Shown here: in pieces, positions 17,621 to 26,297 of the stretch
Position numbering within the stretch: the first letter of the stretch is position 1
Layout of the letters: each line of letters starts with the position of its first letter
NCBI GenBank assembly: GCA_016188835.1
Contig: JACPHB010000006.1
Location: 1,877 to 65,876, forward strand
From: Parcubacteria group bacterium
GTDB taxonomy: Bacteria; Patescibacteriota; Minisyncoccia; UBA10092
Reading direction: 5' to 3'
DNA: 64,000 nt
The notes under the pieces: model-generated
The model's database searches: none
The model's input: only the letters and a program-made list of their open reading frames with translations
Told to the model about the DNA's origin: nothing
Position numbers and translations under genes: made by a program

Positions 17621-17869
17621 ATGGTTAAAAGACCGCAACAATTTAAGGCCATTATTGAACAAGATGAAGACGGTTATTTTATAGGTTCAGTTCCGGCGCT
17701 TCCCGGCTGTTATACTCAAGCCAAAACACTTTTGGAACTTAAAAAGCGGCTTCAAGAGGCAATTTTGCTTTGTCTTGAAACGGCTCGCCTTGATCCACAA
17801 TATCGTCAGCGCTTAAAAATTTTTTCCTATATTCCGGCATTTGTAGGATTGGAATCGGTGGAAGTATAA
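17621..17869 (+). CDS. hicB: HicB-family antitoxin (UPF0150)
   Basis: FKAIIEQDEDGYFIGSVPALPGCYTQAKTLLE is the HicB/UPF0150 signature; 82 aa. Confidence 0.6.
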   Translation: MVKRPQQFKAIIEQDEDGYFIGSVPALPGCYTQAKTLLELKKRLQEAILLCLETARLDPQYRQRLKIFSYIPAFVGLESVEV

Positions 17870-17873
17870 ATCT

Positions 17874-18101
17874 ATGAATCAAAGATTGTCGATATTAAAG
17901 GCTCGCGACGTAATTCGCGTTTTAAAATCATTGGGATTTTTTGAAGTGCGCCAGAAAGGGGCGCATATTTGTTTTAAACACCGTGATGGCAGATTTACAT
18001 TAGTTCCTCGGCACAGTGGCGAAGACATAAGCCGCGGTTTATTGCGGCAAATCTTTCGGGAAATTAATATTTCGGCGGATGATTTCTCGAAATTTCTTTA
18101 G
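17874..18101 (+). CDS. hicA: HicA-family mRNA interferase toxin
   Basis: VLKSLGFFEVRQKGAHICFKHRDGRFTLVPRH matches the HicA (YcfA-like) fold motif; 75 aa; 4 bp after hicB. Confidence 0.7.
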   Translation: MNQRLSILKARDVIRVLKSLGFFEVRQKGAHICFKHRDGRFTLVPRHSGEDISRGLLRQIFREINISADDFSKFL

Positions 18102-18126
18102 AAGTTTTTAATTAAACGGTTTTATT

Positions 18127-18984
18127 GTGGAATATATTGTGATTGTGATAAAGAAAAAACTAAATAGCTTATCAAAAGTCCTTATTCAAAATTTCTGGGC
18201 GGTTGGGTTTTTGGTTATCGTGTCTTTGATTTTAATTTTTGTTGCAAAGCAAGACACTTTGGCAAAATTATTGTGGCAGAAATATCGTTTGCCAAAAACC
18301 GCGCTATTGCTTGTGAATCGCGACACCGATTTAGCGATGTTTATCGGCAATTATTATTTTAACGGCGTAATCGGCGGCGGAAAATATGATCTCAATATTG
18401 CGGAGAAGGCATATAAAAAAGCGGTTTTAATAAATCCTAAAATTCTCTGGGGGCACTATCAGCTTGCGCGGATTTATTTTGTAAAAGGGGATTACAAACA
18501 AGCGCTTGAAGAAATCGCCAAAGAACTTGAAGCCAATCCGGAAAACCTGCGCTCGCTTTATGTTCGCGGTCTAATTTATGGCTATAGAAATCAGGCAGGC
18601 GATTTGGAAAAAGCCGAAGCCGATTTCCTTCGTTTTACTTTATGGGCGCCGAAAGAATGGGCGGGCTATAACGATTTGGCGTGGATTTTGTCAAAACAGG
18701 GAAAATATAAAGAAGCGAAAGAAGCGATAAACGCGGCTTTTCGCGAGATTAAAGAATCGGAAAATAACCCCTGGCTTTGGAACGCGCTTGGCGTGGCGGA
18801 GCTGAATCTGAAAGAATATAAAAACGCCGCGATATCTTTTGAAAAGGCCAAGCAATTGGCGGAAAAATTGACCAATGAAGACTGGTTTCATTCCTATCCG
18901 GGAAATAATCCGGTGTCCGCCGAAGAAGGACTTTCAGCTTTTATCGCCGCGATAGAAAAAAATCTCCGCCGCGCCAGCCAATGA
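18127..18984 (+). CDS. TPR-repeat protein with N-terminal TM anchor
   Basis: TM segment FWAVGFLVIVSLILIFV; multiple TPR-like units. Confidence 0.55.
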   Translation: MEYIVIVIKKKLNSLSKVLIQNFWAVGFLVIVSLILIFVAKQDTLAKLLWQKYRLPKTALLLVNRDTDLAMFIGNYYFNGVIGGGKYDLNIAEKAYKKAVLINPKILWGHYQLARIYFVKGDYKQALEEIAKELEANPENLRSLYVRGLIYGYRNQAGDLEKAEADFLRFTLWAPKEWAGYNDLAWILSKQGKYKEAKEAINAAFREIKESENNPWLWNALGVAELNLKEYKNAAISFEKAKQLAEKLTNEDWFHSYPGNNPVSAEEGLSAFIAAIEKNLRRASQ

Positions 18985-19035
18985 TTGTGGATAACGGATA
19001 AAGAGTTTTAATAAATATTTGGTATACTTTAATAA

Positions 19036-20355
19036 ATGGCAAACAAATTTTTATCTAGAAAGATAATTATTCCAGCGGTTATATTTTTCGGCGGGTTAGC
19101 AGTTGCTTCCAGTGTTTTTATTTTGGCAAATTTTACTGATGCCAAATTATTTACCGCTTCTCAAGTTTCCAAATGGACGCAGAATACCGGAGAGGGGATT
19201 TCAATTCCGGCCTGCTCTGCCACAGGTATATCCACAACTTGCTCAAACGGTGCGCCAGTGATTACTGTGACCGGCGATTGCGGTCATTTGACCACACAAG
19301 AAGCTGTGGTATGGCCAAGTGGCGAGGTCATGAATACCAGTCAGGGCTACGTATTTGTTATTGTGGGGGGCGGCTGTGGTTCCGTTGGTGAGTGGAGCGC
19401 ATCTGTCCCAAGAGTTATCGTCGGCAGTGGAAGCCCTGATCCCGTCCCGCCCCTACCGGGCAAAACCTACGCCTGGGACGTAGCAGCCCCCAGTGGTCAT
19501 AATGCACCTTTTTCTTCTGGCGCTTTCACCACCCCGAATTGCTCTACCGGCACCTTACAGCTTCGAGCCACTCTTAATGGCGTGCCATGGTCGGGAATTA
19601 TAACTTATAATGTCTCTTCTCCGCTGGGGGTCACTACTACAACGAGAATTCTGCCGTATGATAACTCAAGTGCTCCCACCGGCGATTATACTTATACTTA
19701 TATATCCGGAGGTCCGCCCGGCGCAACATTTACTGGTATTACCCCTTCGTCAAGCCAGACGCTTTCTCTTGGTGAGACAATTACCTTTACTTTCAATTTT
19801 GTCACTCTTCCGGGAGATTTTACTCTAAGCGTTGGAGGCGGGCTTGCCTGCAATTCGGTGCCGCTTAGCTGGACGGCTTCATCCGGCGCCGACGGTTATA
19901 GAATTTTAAAAGGAGCGGCGCGGGTTGATATTACTCCTTACAATCCCTATACCGCCTTAAATTTTACTGACACGGATGTCGTTCAAAACACTACTTATAA
20001 ATATCAAATTGAGGCCTATAACGAAAGCGGCACCAACCGTTCCAATTCTCTAAATATTACTACTCCTTATTGCCCGCCAACACTTAATTTTTCAGGAGAC
20101 CCGACAACAATTTATGAAGGAGGAAGCTCTACATTAACTTGGCTTTCAACCTACACCACTTCTTGCATTGCTTCTGGCGCTTGGAGCGGTTCTAAATCAT
20201 TAAATGGTGATCAAGTTGTCATTCCGTTGCCACCGCCAAGCGTAACTTATACCATGACTTGTACTGGCCTCGGCGGCAGCACCGGTCCGCAATCGGTAAT
20301 CATAAACGTTACGCCTTTGGGCTTGCCTCAGTGGAAAGAAATCATCCCTCGTTAA
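19036..20355 (+). CDS. cell-surface protein with N-terminal anchor and fibronectin type III-like domain
   Basis: N-terminal TM; S/T/G-rich; FN3-like LSWTASSGADGYRI...YKYQIEAYNESG. Confidence 0.5.
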   Translation: MANKFLSRKIIIPAVIFFGGLAVASSVFILANFTDAKLFTASQVSKWTQNTGEGISIPACSATGISTTCSNGAPVITVTGDCGHLTTQEAVVWPSGEVMNTSQGYVFVIVGGGCGSVGEWSASVPRVIVGSGSPDPVPPLPGKTYAWDVAAPSGHNAPFSSGAFTTPNCSTGTLQLRATLNGVPWSGIITYNVSSPLGVTTTTRILPYDNSSAPTGDYTYTYISGGPPGATFTGITPSSSQTLSLGETITFTFNFVTLPGDFTLSVGGGLACNSVPLSWTASSGADGYRILKGAARVDITPYNPYTALNFTDTDVVQNTTYKYQIEAYNESGTNRSNSLNITTPYCPPTLNFSGDPTTIYEGGSSTLTWLSTYTTSCIASGAWSGSKSLNGDQVVIPLPPPSVTYTMTCTGLGGSTGPQSVIINVTPLGLPQWKEIIPR

Positions 20356-21146
20356 CCCTTCGCTATAACCAATCCATAAACTTCTTTTACTCCCGCTTGT
20401 TTTAAAACGCGAGCTGCTTCTTCCAAGGTGGCGTCGCTCGTTGCCACATCGTCAATCAAAATAACTTTTTTAATATTTCCAAACTGTCCCATTAACTGAC
20501 GATCGTCTGAAACTGGGATAATTTTGAGATTGAGGTTAAGGGTGAAGGCGCCGGAAATGTTTTCTTTTCTCTGTTGCCAATCCTTTATTTTCGCTTGAGG
20601 CGCGCTGAATTTTTGCCTTTTTAGTAAATTAATTACTGGGCAGCTTAAAGCGGGGGACAGCTCTTTAGCTAAAAGTTCGCTTTGATTAAAACCCCGGCTT
20701 AGTTTTCGGCGCCGCGAAAGGGGAATCGGCGCCAAAACAGTTGAAAATGTTGGAAACCGAGCTTCCAACATTTGGAGTTTCTCAATCAAGTTTTCTTTTT
20801 TGAGATATTTAATTAACAGTTCGGCCAGCGGTTTTTTTAATGATTCAACTGATTGGTATTTGAATTGATGAATCGCTTCTCTTAAAATCGGATCCTGGTA
20901 TTTTCCGGCAGCGAATAAACCGTTTAAAAATGTTTTTTTTCGGCATCTGCAGCAGATAATGTTGGAAACTCGGTTTCTAACATTTTTATTTCTTAAGCCG
21001 CAGACGTGGCACTCTACTCCGGAATTTAAAACGATATTATTTAAACAGGCCTCGCAGATAAACGAGGCCTGTTTTAAACTCAATTCTTTTTTACAGCCAA
21101 GGCAGAATCTCGGAAAAATCAAATCAAGTAAAAAGTTTTTTATCAT
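20352..21146 (-). CDS. comFC: ComF-family competence protein (zinc-ribbon plus phosphoribosyltransferase domain)
   Basis: N-terminal LLDLIFPRFCLGC..CEAC double zinc ribbon; PRTase motif VILIDDVATSDATL; start set at the MIKNF Met. Confidence 0.75.
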   Translation of the reverse strand: MIKNFLLDLIFPRFCLGCKKELSLKQASFICEACLNNIVLNSGVECHVCGLRNKNVRNRVSNIICCRCRKKTFLNGLFAAGKYQDPILREAIHQFKYQSVESLKKPLAELLIKYLKKENLIEKLQMLEARFPTFSTVLAPIPLSRRRKLSRGFNQSELLAKELSPALSCPVINLLKRQKFSAPQAKIKDWQQRKENISGAFTLNLNLKIIPVSDDRQLMGQFGNIKKVILIDDVATSDATLEEAARVLKQAGVKEVYGLVIAKG

Positions 21147-21160
21147 AGTGTATTGATATA

Positions 21161-21300
21161 ACATAGCCAAACATAATTTTCCTCGCGCTCTCGGTCGCCC
21201 AGCGGCTTCCTCGCTGTCCGATGAAAGCGTTTTATTCGCCTTTGGCGAAACCATGCTAAAACGCTTTCATAAGCTTCGGAAAATTACGTTTGGCTATATT
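21161..21300. repeat. structured repeat element copy A (cgctctcggtcgcccagcg..ctcgctgtccgATGAAAGCGTTTTA..TAAAACGCTTTCATaagcttcgg), also present at 35335-35520
   Basis: About 100 nt shared with the 35.3 kb copy; internal 14-bp inverted repeat. Confidence 0.6.
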
Positions 21301-21308
21301 TTATAGAG

Positions 21309-21425
21309 TTGACAATAATATTGCAAAATAAAATTATAGGTGGGGGCGAGCCGTTCGCCGAAGGCGAATGGGCCTGCCTGCCGGCAGGCAGGGCTAAGGA
21401 ATTTTATTTTGCAATATTATTGTCA
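21309..21425. terminator. long palindromic terminator-like element, copy 1: 26-bp perfect IR arms flanking a GC core containing ccgTTCGCCgaagGGCGAAtgg and ggCCTGCCTGCCGGCAGGCAGGgc
   Basis: Perfect inverted repeat ttgacaataatattgcaaaataaaatt / aattttattttgcaatattattgtca; lies 3' of clpC on the minus strand. Confidence 0.6.
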
Positions 21426-23807
21426 TATTAAATTTATTTTATTATTTTTCACGTCCACGATAATATTTTTCTCTTTTCCATTTTTGAGGACAAAATCCGC
21501 CAGAGAATTAATAATCAGTTTATTAATCAAATGTTTTATTTCTCTTGCGCCATTGCGGCTCGAAACGGCTTTGTCGGCGATAAAATTTATTACCGCGGGC
21601 CTTATTTTCAGGCGGCAGTTAATTGAATCATTAGTGAGAATATTTTTAAGTTCAAGCTCGGCAATATACCTCATTTGCTGGCGTCCCAAAGGGTTAAAAA
21701 CCACTATTTCATCAAGGCGCGATAAAAGTTCCGGTATAAAATGGCGGCGCAAGGACTTTAAGCTGGCATTTTTAATTTCATCAAATTTTTCCGCAAACGT
21801 TTTTGAGGCGGCTATAAAACCGAATTTTTTTGCCTCGCGGCTGAATTCTCTTGAGCCGAGGTTGGAGGTTAGAATAACAATGGCGTTTTTAAAATTAGCC
21901 CGTCGGCCGCGATTGTCGGTTAGAACTCCTTCCTCCAAAATTTGGAGCAAAATATTGGCGACTTGGGGGTGCGCTTTTTCTATTTCATCAAAAAGCACTA
22001 CCGAGTGGGGCTCCCTCCGTATTTTTTCGGTTAAATTGCCCGGCTCTTCATAGCCGATGTATCCCGGCGGCGCTCCTATTAATTTAGATATGCTGTGGGG
22101 TTCTGAAAATTCCGACATGTCAATTTTTATTAAAGGCGACCTCAAAATTTCCTTGCTCAAAACTTTTGCCAAATTTGTTTTGCCGACTCCGGTCGGCCCG
22201 ATAAATAAAAATGAACCGAGGGGCTTTTCTCTATTAGATAAGCCGGCGTAAGATCGAGCCAGGGCGGCGGAGAGCGTTTCAATCGCCTCATCCTGTCCGA
22301 TTATATTTTGTTTTAATTTTCGACTGATTTGCTCCGAGCCGAGCTGAGCGGTTGTCTTGCCTGCCTGCGCAGGCAGGCCAAAAACAATATTTGGAATTCC
22401 TGTCATTAAATTCAGTGTCTTAACAACATCTTCTATTTGGAGTTCTAAATCGGTTTTTTCCGTTTCGGTTTCCAAATTTTTCAAAGCGCAGGCCTCGTCG
22501 AGCAGGTCTATCGCTTTATCGGGCAAAAACCTTTCGGTTAAATATTGATTTGACAATTTAACGGCGGCGCTTATGCATTCATTCGAAATTTTTATTTTAT
22601 GGTGATTTTTTAAGGATGGCAAAAGGCCCAGTAGAATTTCTTCGGTTTGGCTTTCTGTCGGTTCGCTAATCATAACCTGCTGGAATCGTCTTTCCAGGCC
22701 GCCGTCTCTTTCCACATATTTTCGCCATTCGGCCAAAGTGGTGGCTCCGATTATTTGTACTTTATTAAGCGACAAGAGCGGCTTAATAATGTTTGAGGCG
22801 TCTAAAGAACCCTGGGCGGCGCCGGCGCCGATAACGGTATGGAATTCATCTATAAAAATTATGGCGTTTTTTTCTTCGGCTTCATATAGCACATCTTTTA
22901 ACCGCTCCTCGAACTCGCCGCGGAAAGTGGCGCCCGAAACGATAGCGCCCAAATCAATCTGAAAAATATTTTTATTCTTTAAATTTTTTGGAACTTCATC
23001 TTTGGCTATTTTTTGCGCCAAACCATATACTATAGCTGTCTTGCCAACACCCGGCTCGCCGATTAGTATTGGATTATTTTTTGTCCTCCGGCTCATTATC
23101 GCGGTCATTCTTTGCATTTCTTTTTTTCTGCCGATTATGGGATCAAATTTTCCGTCTTTAGCCATTGCTACGAGTTCGGCTCCGAAAATTTCAAGTGGCG
23201 CTTTCTCCGGTTCTTCTTCGGATATATTTTTATAAACATCGGCGATCAGTTTATCCAAAATATTCGGGCTATTTTTAGCGGCGGTCACGGGACTGTTAAT
23301 TTTCCCCGAAAGATAAAAAATTTCTTTTAAGTGATTTTCTACATCAACAGCCAGCCGGTGTTTTTGAGCTGAAATCCTGCTTTTAAATTCAGAAATTAAG
23401 CCCCAAAGCAAATGCTCGGTGCCGATGTGCCGGTAACCGTATTTCATTGCTTCTTCGAGTGCCGATGCCAAAACATCGCGGAAAGAAATAACGCTCGGCA
23501 GAGATAAATTTAAGTCATTAATATCCAACCCGTGGTTTTTCAAAATATTGTAAGCCAAACTGCCGCGAGCTTCAAAAACCGCTTTGATTAAATGGCTTCC
23601 GCCAATTTCGCCCCGTAGCTGCGGGGCGGAATTTTCTGCCGCTAAAATGACGCTTTTGGCGCGAGCCGTCAAACGATTCTCAAGAGATGGGGATAACTTC
23701 ATATTTATAATGAATATTTTATGATATAATAAAATTAAATTTAAATTTTGTCTATTTTTATTTATGGCATTGCCTTTTAACATATTCAGCATTGGAAAAG
23801 AACCCAA
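21423..23807 (-). CDS. clpC: ATP-dependent Clp protease ATP-binding subunit (ClpC/ClpB-like, two AAA+ modules, Clp_N repeats)
   Basis: Two Walker A motifs GEPGVGKT and GPTGVGKT; Clp_N N-domain; 794 aa. Confidence 0.85.
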   Translation of the reverse strand: MGSFPMLNMLKGNAINKNRQNLNLILLYHKIFIINMKLSPSLENRLTARAKSVILAAENSAPQLRGEIGGSHLIKAVFEARGSLAYNILKNHGLDINDLNLSLPSVISFRDVLASALEEAMKYGYRHIGTEHLLWGLISEFKSRISAQKHRLAVDVENHLKEIFYLSGKINSPVTAAKNSPNILDKLIADVYKNISEEEPEKAPLEIFGAELVAMAKDGKFDPIIGRKKEMQRMTAIMSRRTKNNPILIGEPGVGKTAIVYGLAQKIAKDEVPKNLKNKNIFQIDLGAIVSGATFRGEFEERLKDVLYEAEEKNAIIFIDEFHTVIGAGAAQGSLDASNIIKPLLSLNKVQIIGATTLAEWRKYVERDGGLERRFQQVMISEPTESQTEEILLGLLPSLKNHHKIKISNECISAAVKLSNQYLTERFLPDKAIDLLDEACALKNLETETEKTDLELQIEDVVKTLNLMTGIPNIVFGLPAQAGKTTAQLGSEQISRKLKQNIIGQDEAIETLSAALARSYAGLSNREKPLGSFLFIGPTGVGKTNLAKVLSKEILRSPLIKIDMSEFSEPHSISKLIGAPPGYIGYEEPGNLTEKIRREPHSVVLFDEIEKAHPQVANILLQILEEGVLTDNRGRRANFKNAIVILTSNLGSREFSREAKKFGFIAASKTFAEKFDEIKNASLKSLRRHFIPELLSRLDEIVVFNPLGRQQMRYIAELELKNILTNDSINCRLKIRPAVINFIADKAVSSRNGAREIKHLINKLIINSLADFVLKNGKEKNIIVDVKNNKINLI

Positions 23808-24861
23808 AAGCTATTTAGGCGTTGATATCGGCACTTTATCAATAAAAATAGTGGAGCTTTCAAGTGAAAACGGCCGGCCAAAACTTCAAAATTATGCCAT
23901 TTTATCGAACTATAATCTGATTGAAAATAAAACTCCAAAAGTATTCGGCGGAGAAGCGTCAATGATGTTAAGACGGATGTTAAAAGAATCGGGCATAGTT
24001 GCGAAAGAAATTAATATGTCGGCGCCGATTTTTTCAAGTTTTCTTACTATTATGGAGTTACCGCCGATGTCAGAATCGGAAGTCGCGAGTGCTATTCAGT
24101 TTGAGGCGAAAAAATACATTCCGGTTCCTCTTGATAGCGTTTTGATTGATTGGTCTTTAATAGGAACCAGCGCCGAAGGCCCCTCGACTACGTTCGGGGC
24201 AGGCCTGCCTGCCGGTCAGGCAGGCAAAATTTTAATTCTTTTAATCGCCATACCCAAGGATTTGGTAAATGAGTACCAATTTATCGCTAGAGAATCCGAT
24301 TTAAAACTTAATAATTTGGAACTAGAAACCACGTCGGCGACTCGCGCCCTTATCGGCAATGATCCGGTCCCGGCGGTGTTAATGGACATGGGTTCGCGAG
24401 ATACTACAATCAGCGTGGTTGATGGCGGATATTTGCGGATCAGCCATTCAATTGAGGCCTCCGGTGAGGATTTAACCAGAGCTTTAGCGAATAGTTTAAA
24501 TATCAGTTGGCGCCGAGCCGAAGAATTAAAAAAAGAACAAGGCCTTAAAGTTATGGATAATAACAATCAAATTAACGATGTTCTTGCGCCTCTTTTAGAC
24601 ACTATTGTTAACGCCGCGAAAAATATTATTGATCTTTATTTTAGTAAAACCAATAAGAAAGTTGAAAAGCTGATTATTTACGGCGGGGCGGCTAAAATGC
24701 CCGGATTTTCGCAGTATCTTGGCAAGGGCCTCGGCATCGACGCCCTTATCGGAAATCCTTTTAGTAAAATCATTTACGATGAAAAATTAAATCCAATCAT
24801 GGAAGAAATAGGTCACGAGTTTACAATAGCGACCGGACTCGCCCTAAAAGCTATACAATAA
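23764..24861 (+). CDS. pilM: type IV pilus assembly protein PilM (actin-like ATPase fold)
   Basis: SYLGVDIGTLSIKIVEL N-terminus and overall PilM architecture; first gene of pilMNO. Confidence 0.85.
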   Translation: MALPFNIFSIGKEPKSYLGVDIGTLSIKIVELSSENGRPKLQNYAILSNYNLIENKTPKVFGGEASMMLRRMLKESGIVAKEINMSAPIFSSFLTIMELPPMSESEVASAIQFEAKKYIPVPLDSVLIDWSLIGTSAEGPSTTFGAGLPAGQAGKILILLIAIPKDLVNEYQFIARESDLKLNNLELETTSATRALIGNDPVPAVLMDMGSRDTTISVVDGGYLRISHSIEASGEDLTRALANSLNISWRRAEELKKEQGLKVMDNNNQINDVLAPLLDTIVNAAKNIIDLYFSKTNKKVEKLIIYGGAAKMPGFSQYLGKGLGIDALIGNPFSKIIYDEKLNPIMEEIGHEFTIATGLALKAIQ

Positions 24862-24862
24862 T

Positions 24863-25393
24863 ATGGTGGAAATTACGCCTCAAAAACCAAAATTAATTTT
24901 ACCAAACTGGTCTTGGCCGCTGTGGCTTTCCCTTGCCCTTTTCTTTTTAAGCGTTTTTGCTTTTGTATTTTTAAAAGTTTATTTTGCCAGAATTCAGGAG
25001 GAAATTGTAAGCATTAATAATCAAATTAAAACCGAGGTCGGCAAAGTAAGCGTTGATGATGAAAACACGGTAATCCGCTTAAGCGATTCTTTAGCCGCTT
25101 TAGACGGCATCGTTTCAAACCACAGTTATTTTTCCAATGTTTTTAGTTTAATCGGCTCTCTCACTTATTCAAAGGCGGTTTTTACCAAATTTGACGCCGA
25201 TCGCGACAACGGCGTCATTAATCTTAGAGGATCGGCTCAGAATTACACGGCATTAGCCAAACAAATGGTTGCTCTCAGAGAAAATGACTACGTCAAGACA
25301 CTGGAAGTTAGAGGAATAAATTTTGGAAGTACGGGATTGGATTTTGATCTGATGCTTGGTATTGATGGTAAAATTTTCATAAAACAGCAATAA
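24863..25393 (+). CDS. pilN: PilN-like pilus assembly protein (single N-terminal TM)
   Basis: Position after pilM; TM plus coiled-coil periplasmic domain. Confidence 0.55.
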   Translation: MVEITPQKPKLILPNWSWPLWLSLALFFLSVFAFVFLKVYFARIQEEIVSINNQIKTEVGKVSVDDENTVIRLSDSLAALDGIVSNHSYFSNVFSLIGSLTYSKAVFTKFDADRDNGVINLRGSAQNYTALAKQMVALRENDYVKTLEVRGINFGSTGLDFDLMLGIDGKIFIKQQ

Positions 25394-25397
25394 ATTT

Positions 25398-25943
25398 ATG
25401 AACTTAAACCTTTTTAAATATATTATTTTGCCGTTTATTCTTTTTTTTGCCGCTCTTGCAATAGGTTTTTGGGTTTTATGGCCGCTTTACGGCGATATTC
25501 AAGCTGCCATGCTTTTAAAGGAACAAAATCAAGACAATTTAACGCAGCGGAAAAAACTCACGGAGAATCTGGAGCGTTTGATAAGCCAATATAATGAACG
25601 CGGTGGCGATATCGCGTCTTTAAATAAAGCTATTCCAAGCGGCCAAAACGTCCCGGAGCTTTTGGTAAATCTTGAAGCGATAGCTTCCGAAAGCGGGTTA
25701 ATTTTTAAAGGCGTGAATTTTAAACCTAAGGACTTGAAAGCTCCGGGCATTAAAACTTTAATAGCGGAAATAAGAGTCACGGGGTCTTATCCGGATTTTC
25801 TAAATTATCTTAAGGCGATGGAAAAAAGTTTGCGGATTTTTGATGTAACCAGTATTTCTTTTGCCGGAGTTTCACCCGGTCAAATTAGCGCGAGAACGGA
25901 TAACATAGATTTTAGTTTAACAGTAAATACTTATTATTATTAA
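25398..25943 (+). CDS. pilO: PilO-like pilus assembly protein
   Basis: Position and TM plus coiled-coil architecture. Confidence 0.55.
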   Translation: MNLNLFKYIILPFILFFAALAIGFWVLWPLYGDIQAAMLLKEQNQDNLTQRKKLTENLERLISQYNERGGDIASLNKAIPSGQNVPELLVNLEAIASESGLIFKGVNFKPKDLKAPGIKTLIAEIRVTGSYPDFLNYLKAMEKSLRIFDVTSISFAGVSPGQISARTDNIDFSLTVNTYYY

Positions 25944-25946
25944 ATT

Positions 25947-26294
25947 ATGGTTAACATTTCTCCAACATTGCCGCCATCAGGCACTTTCGGCGCTTTTAAG
26001 CCCCAAGCCCCCCAAAAAAGATCTCTTTTGCCATATTTAGTTATTGGTGCGGTAATTTTAATTTTGGCCGCCGGTTATTATTTTTTTATTTATCAAGGGA
26101 TTGGTTTTTCTCTAGCTACTCCAGTTATTCCGGGGGCTTCTCCTTTAACCTCAATTGAAATTAAAGTAGCTCAATTACCGAGCTTTCAATTTAATGTCTT
26201 TAATAGTTCTCTTTACAAATCGCTTAAAAGCTATGGTGCTCTGCCGGTTGTAGCCGATTCGCTCGGAAGAACAAATCCTTTTATTCCATATTAA
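25947..26294 (+). CDS. small membrane protein in the pilus locus (possible PilP-like), hypothetical
   Basis: TM helix; sits between pilO and pilB. Confidence 0.35.
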   Translation: MVNISPTLPPSGTFGAFKPQAPQKRSLLPYLVIGAVILILAAGYYFFIYQGIGFSLATPVIPGASPLTSIEIKVAQLPSFQFNVFNSSLYKSLKSYGALPVVADSLGRTNPFIPY

Positions 26295-26297
26295 AGC

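Noticed and set aside
21340-22053. 237-aa plus-strand ORF
   Set aside because: It lies entirely antisense to the well-supported clpC gene. It begins inside the palindromic terminator element and has low-complexity composition, so it is spurious.
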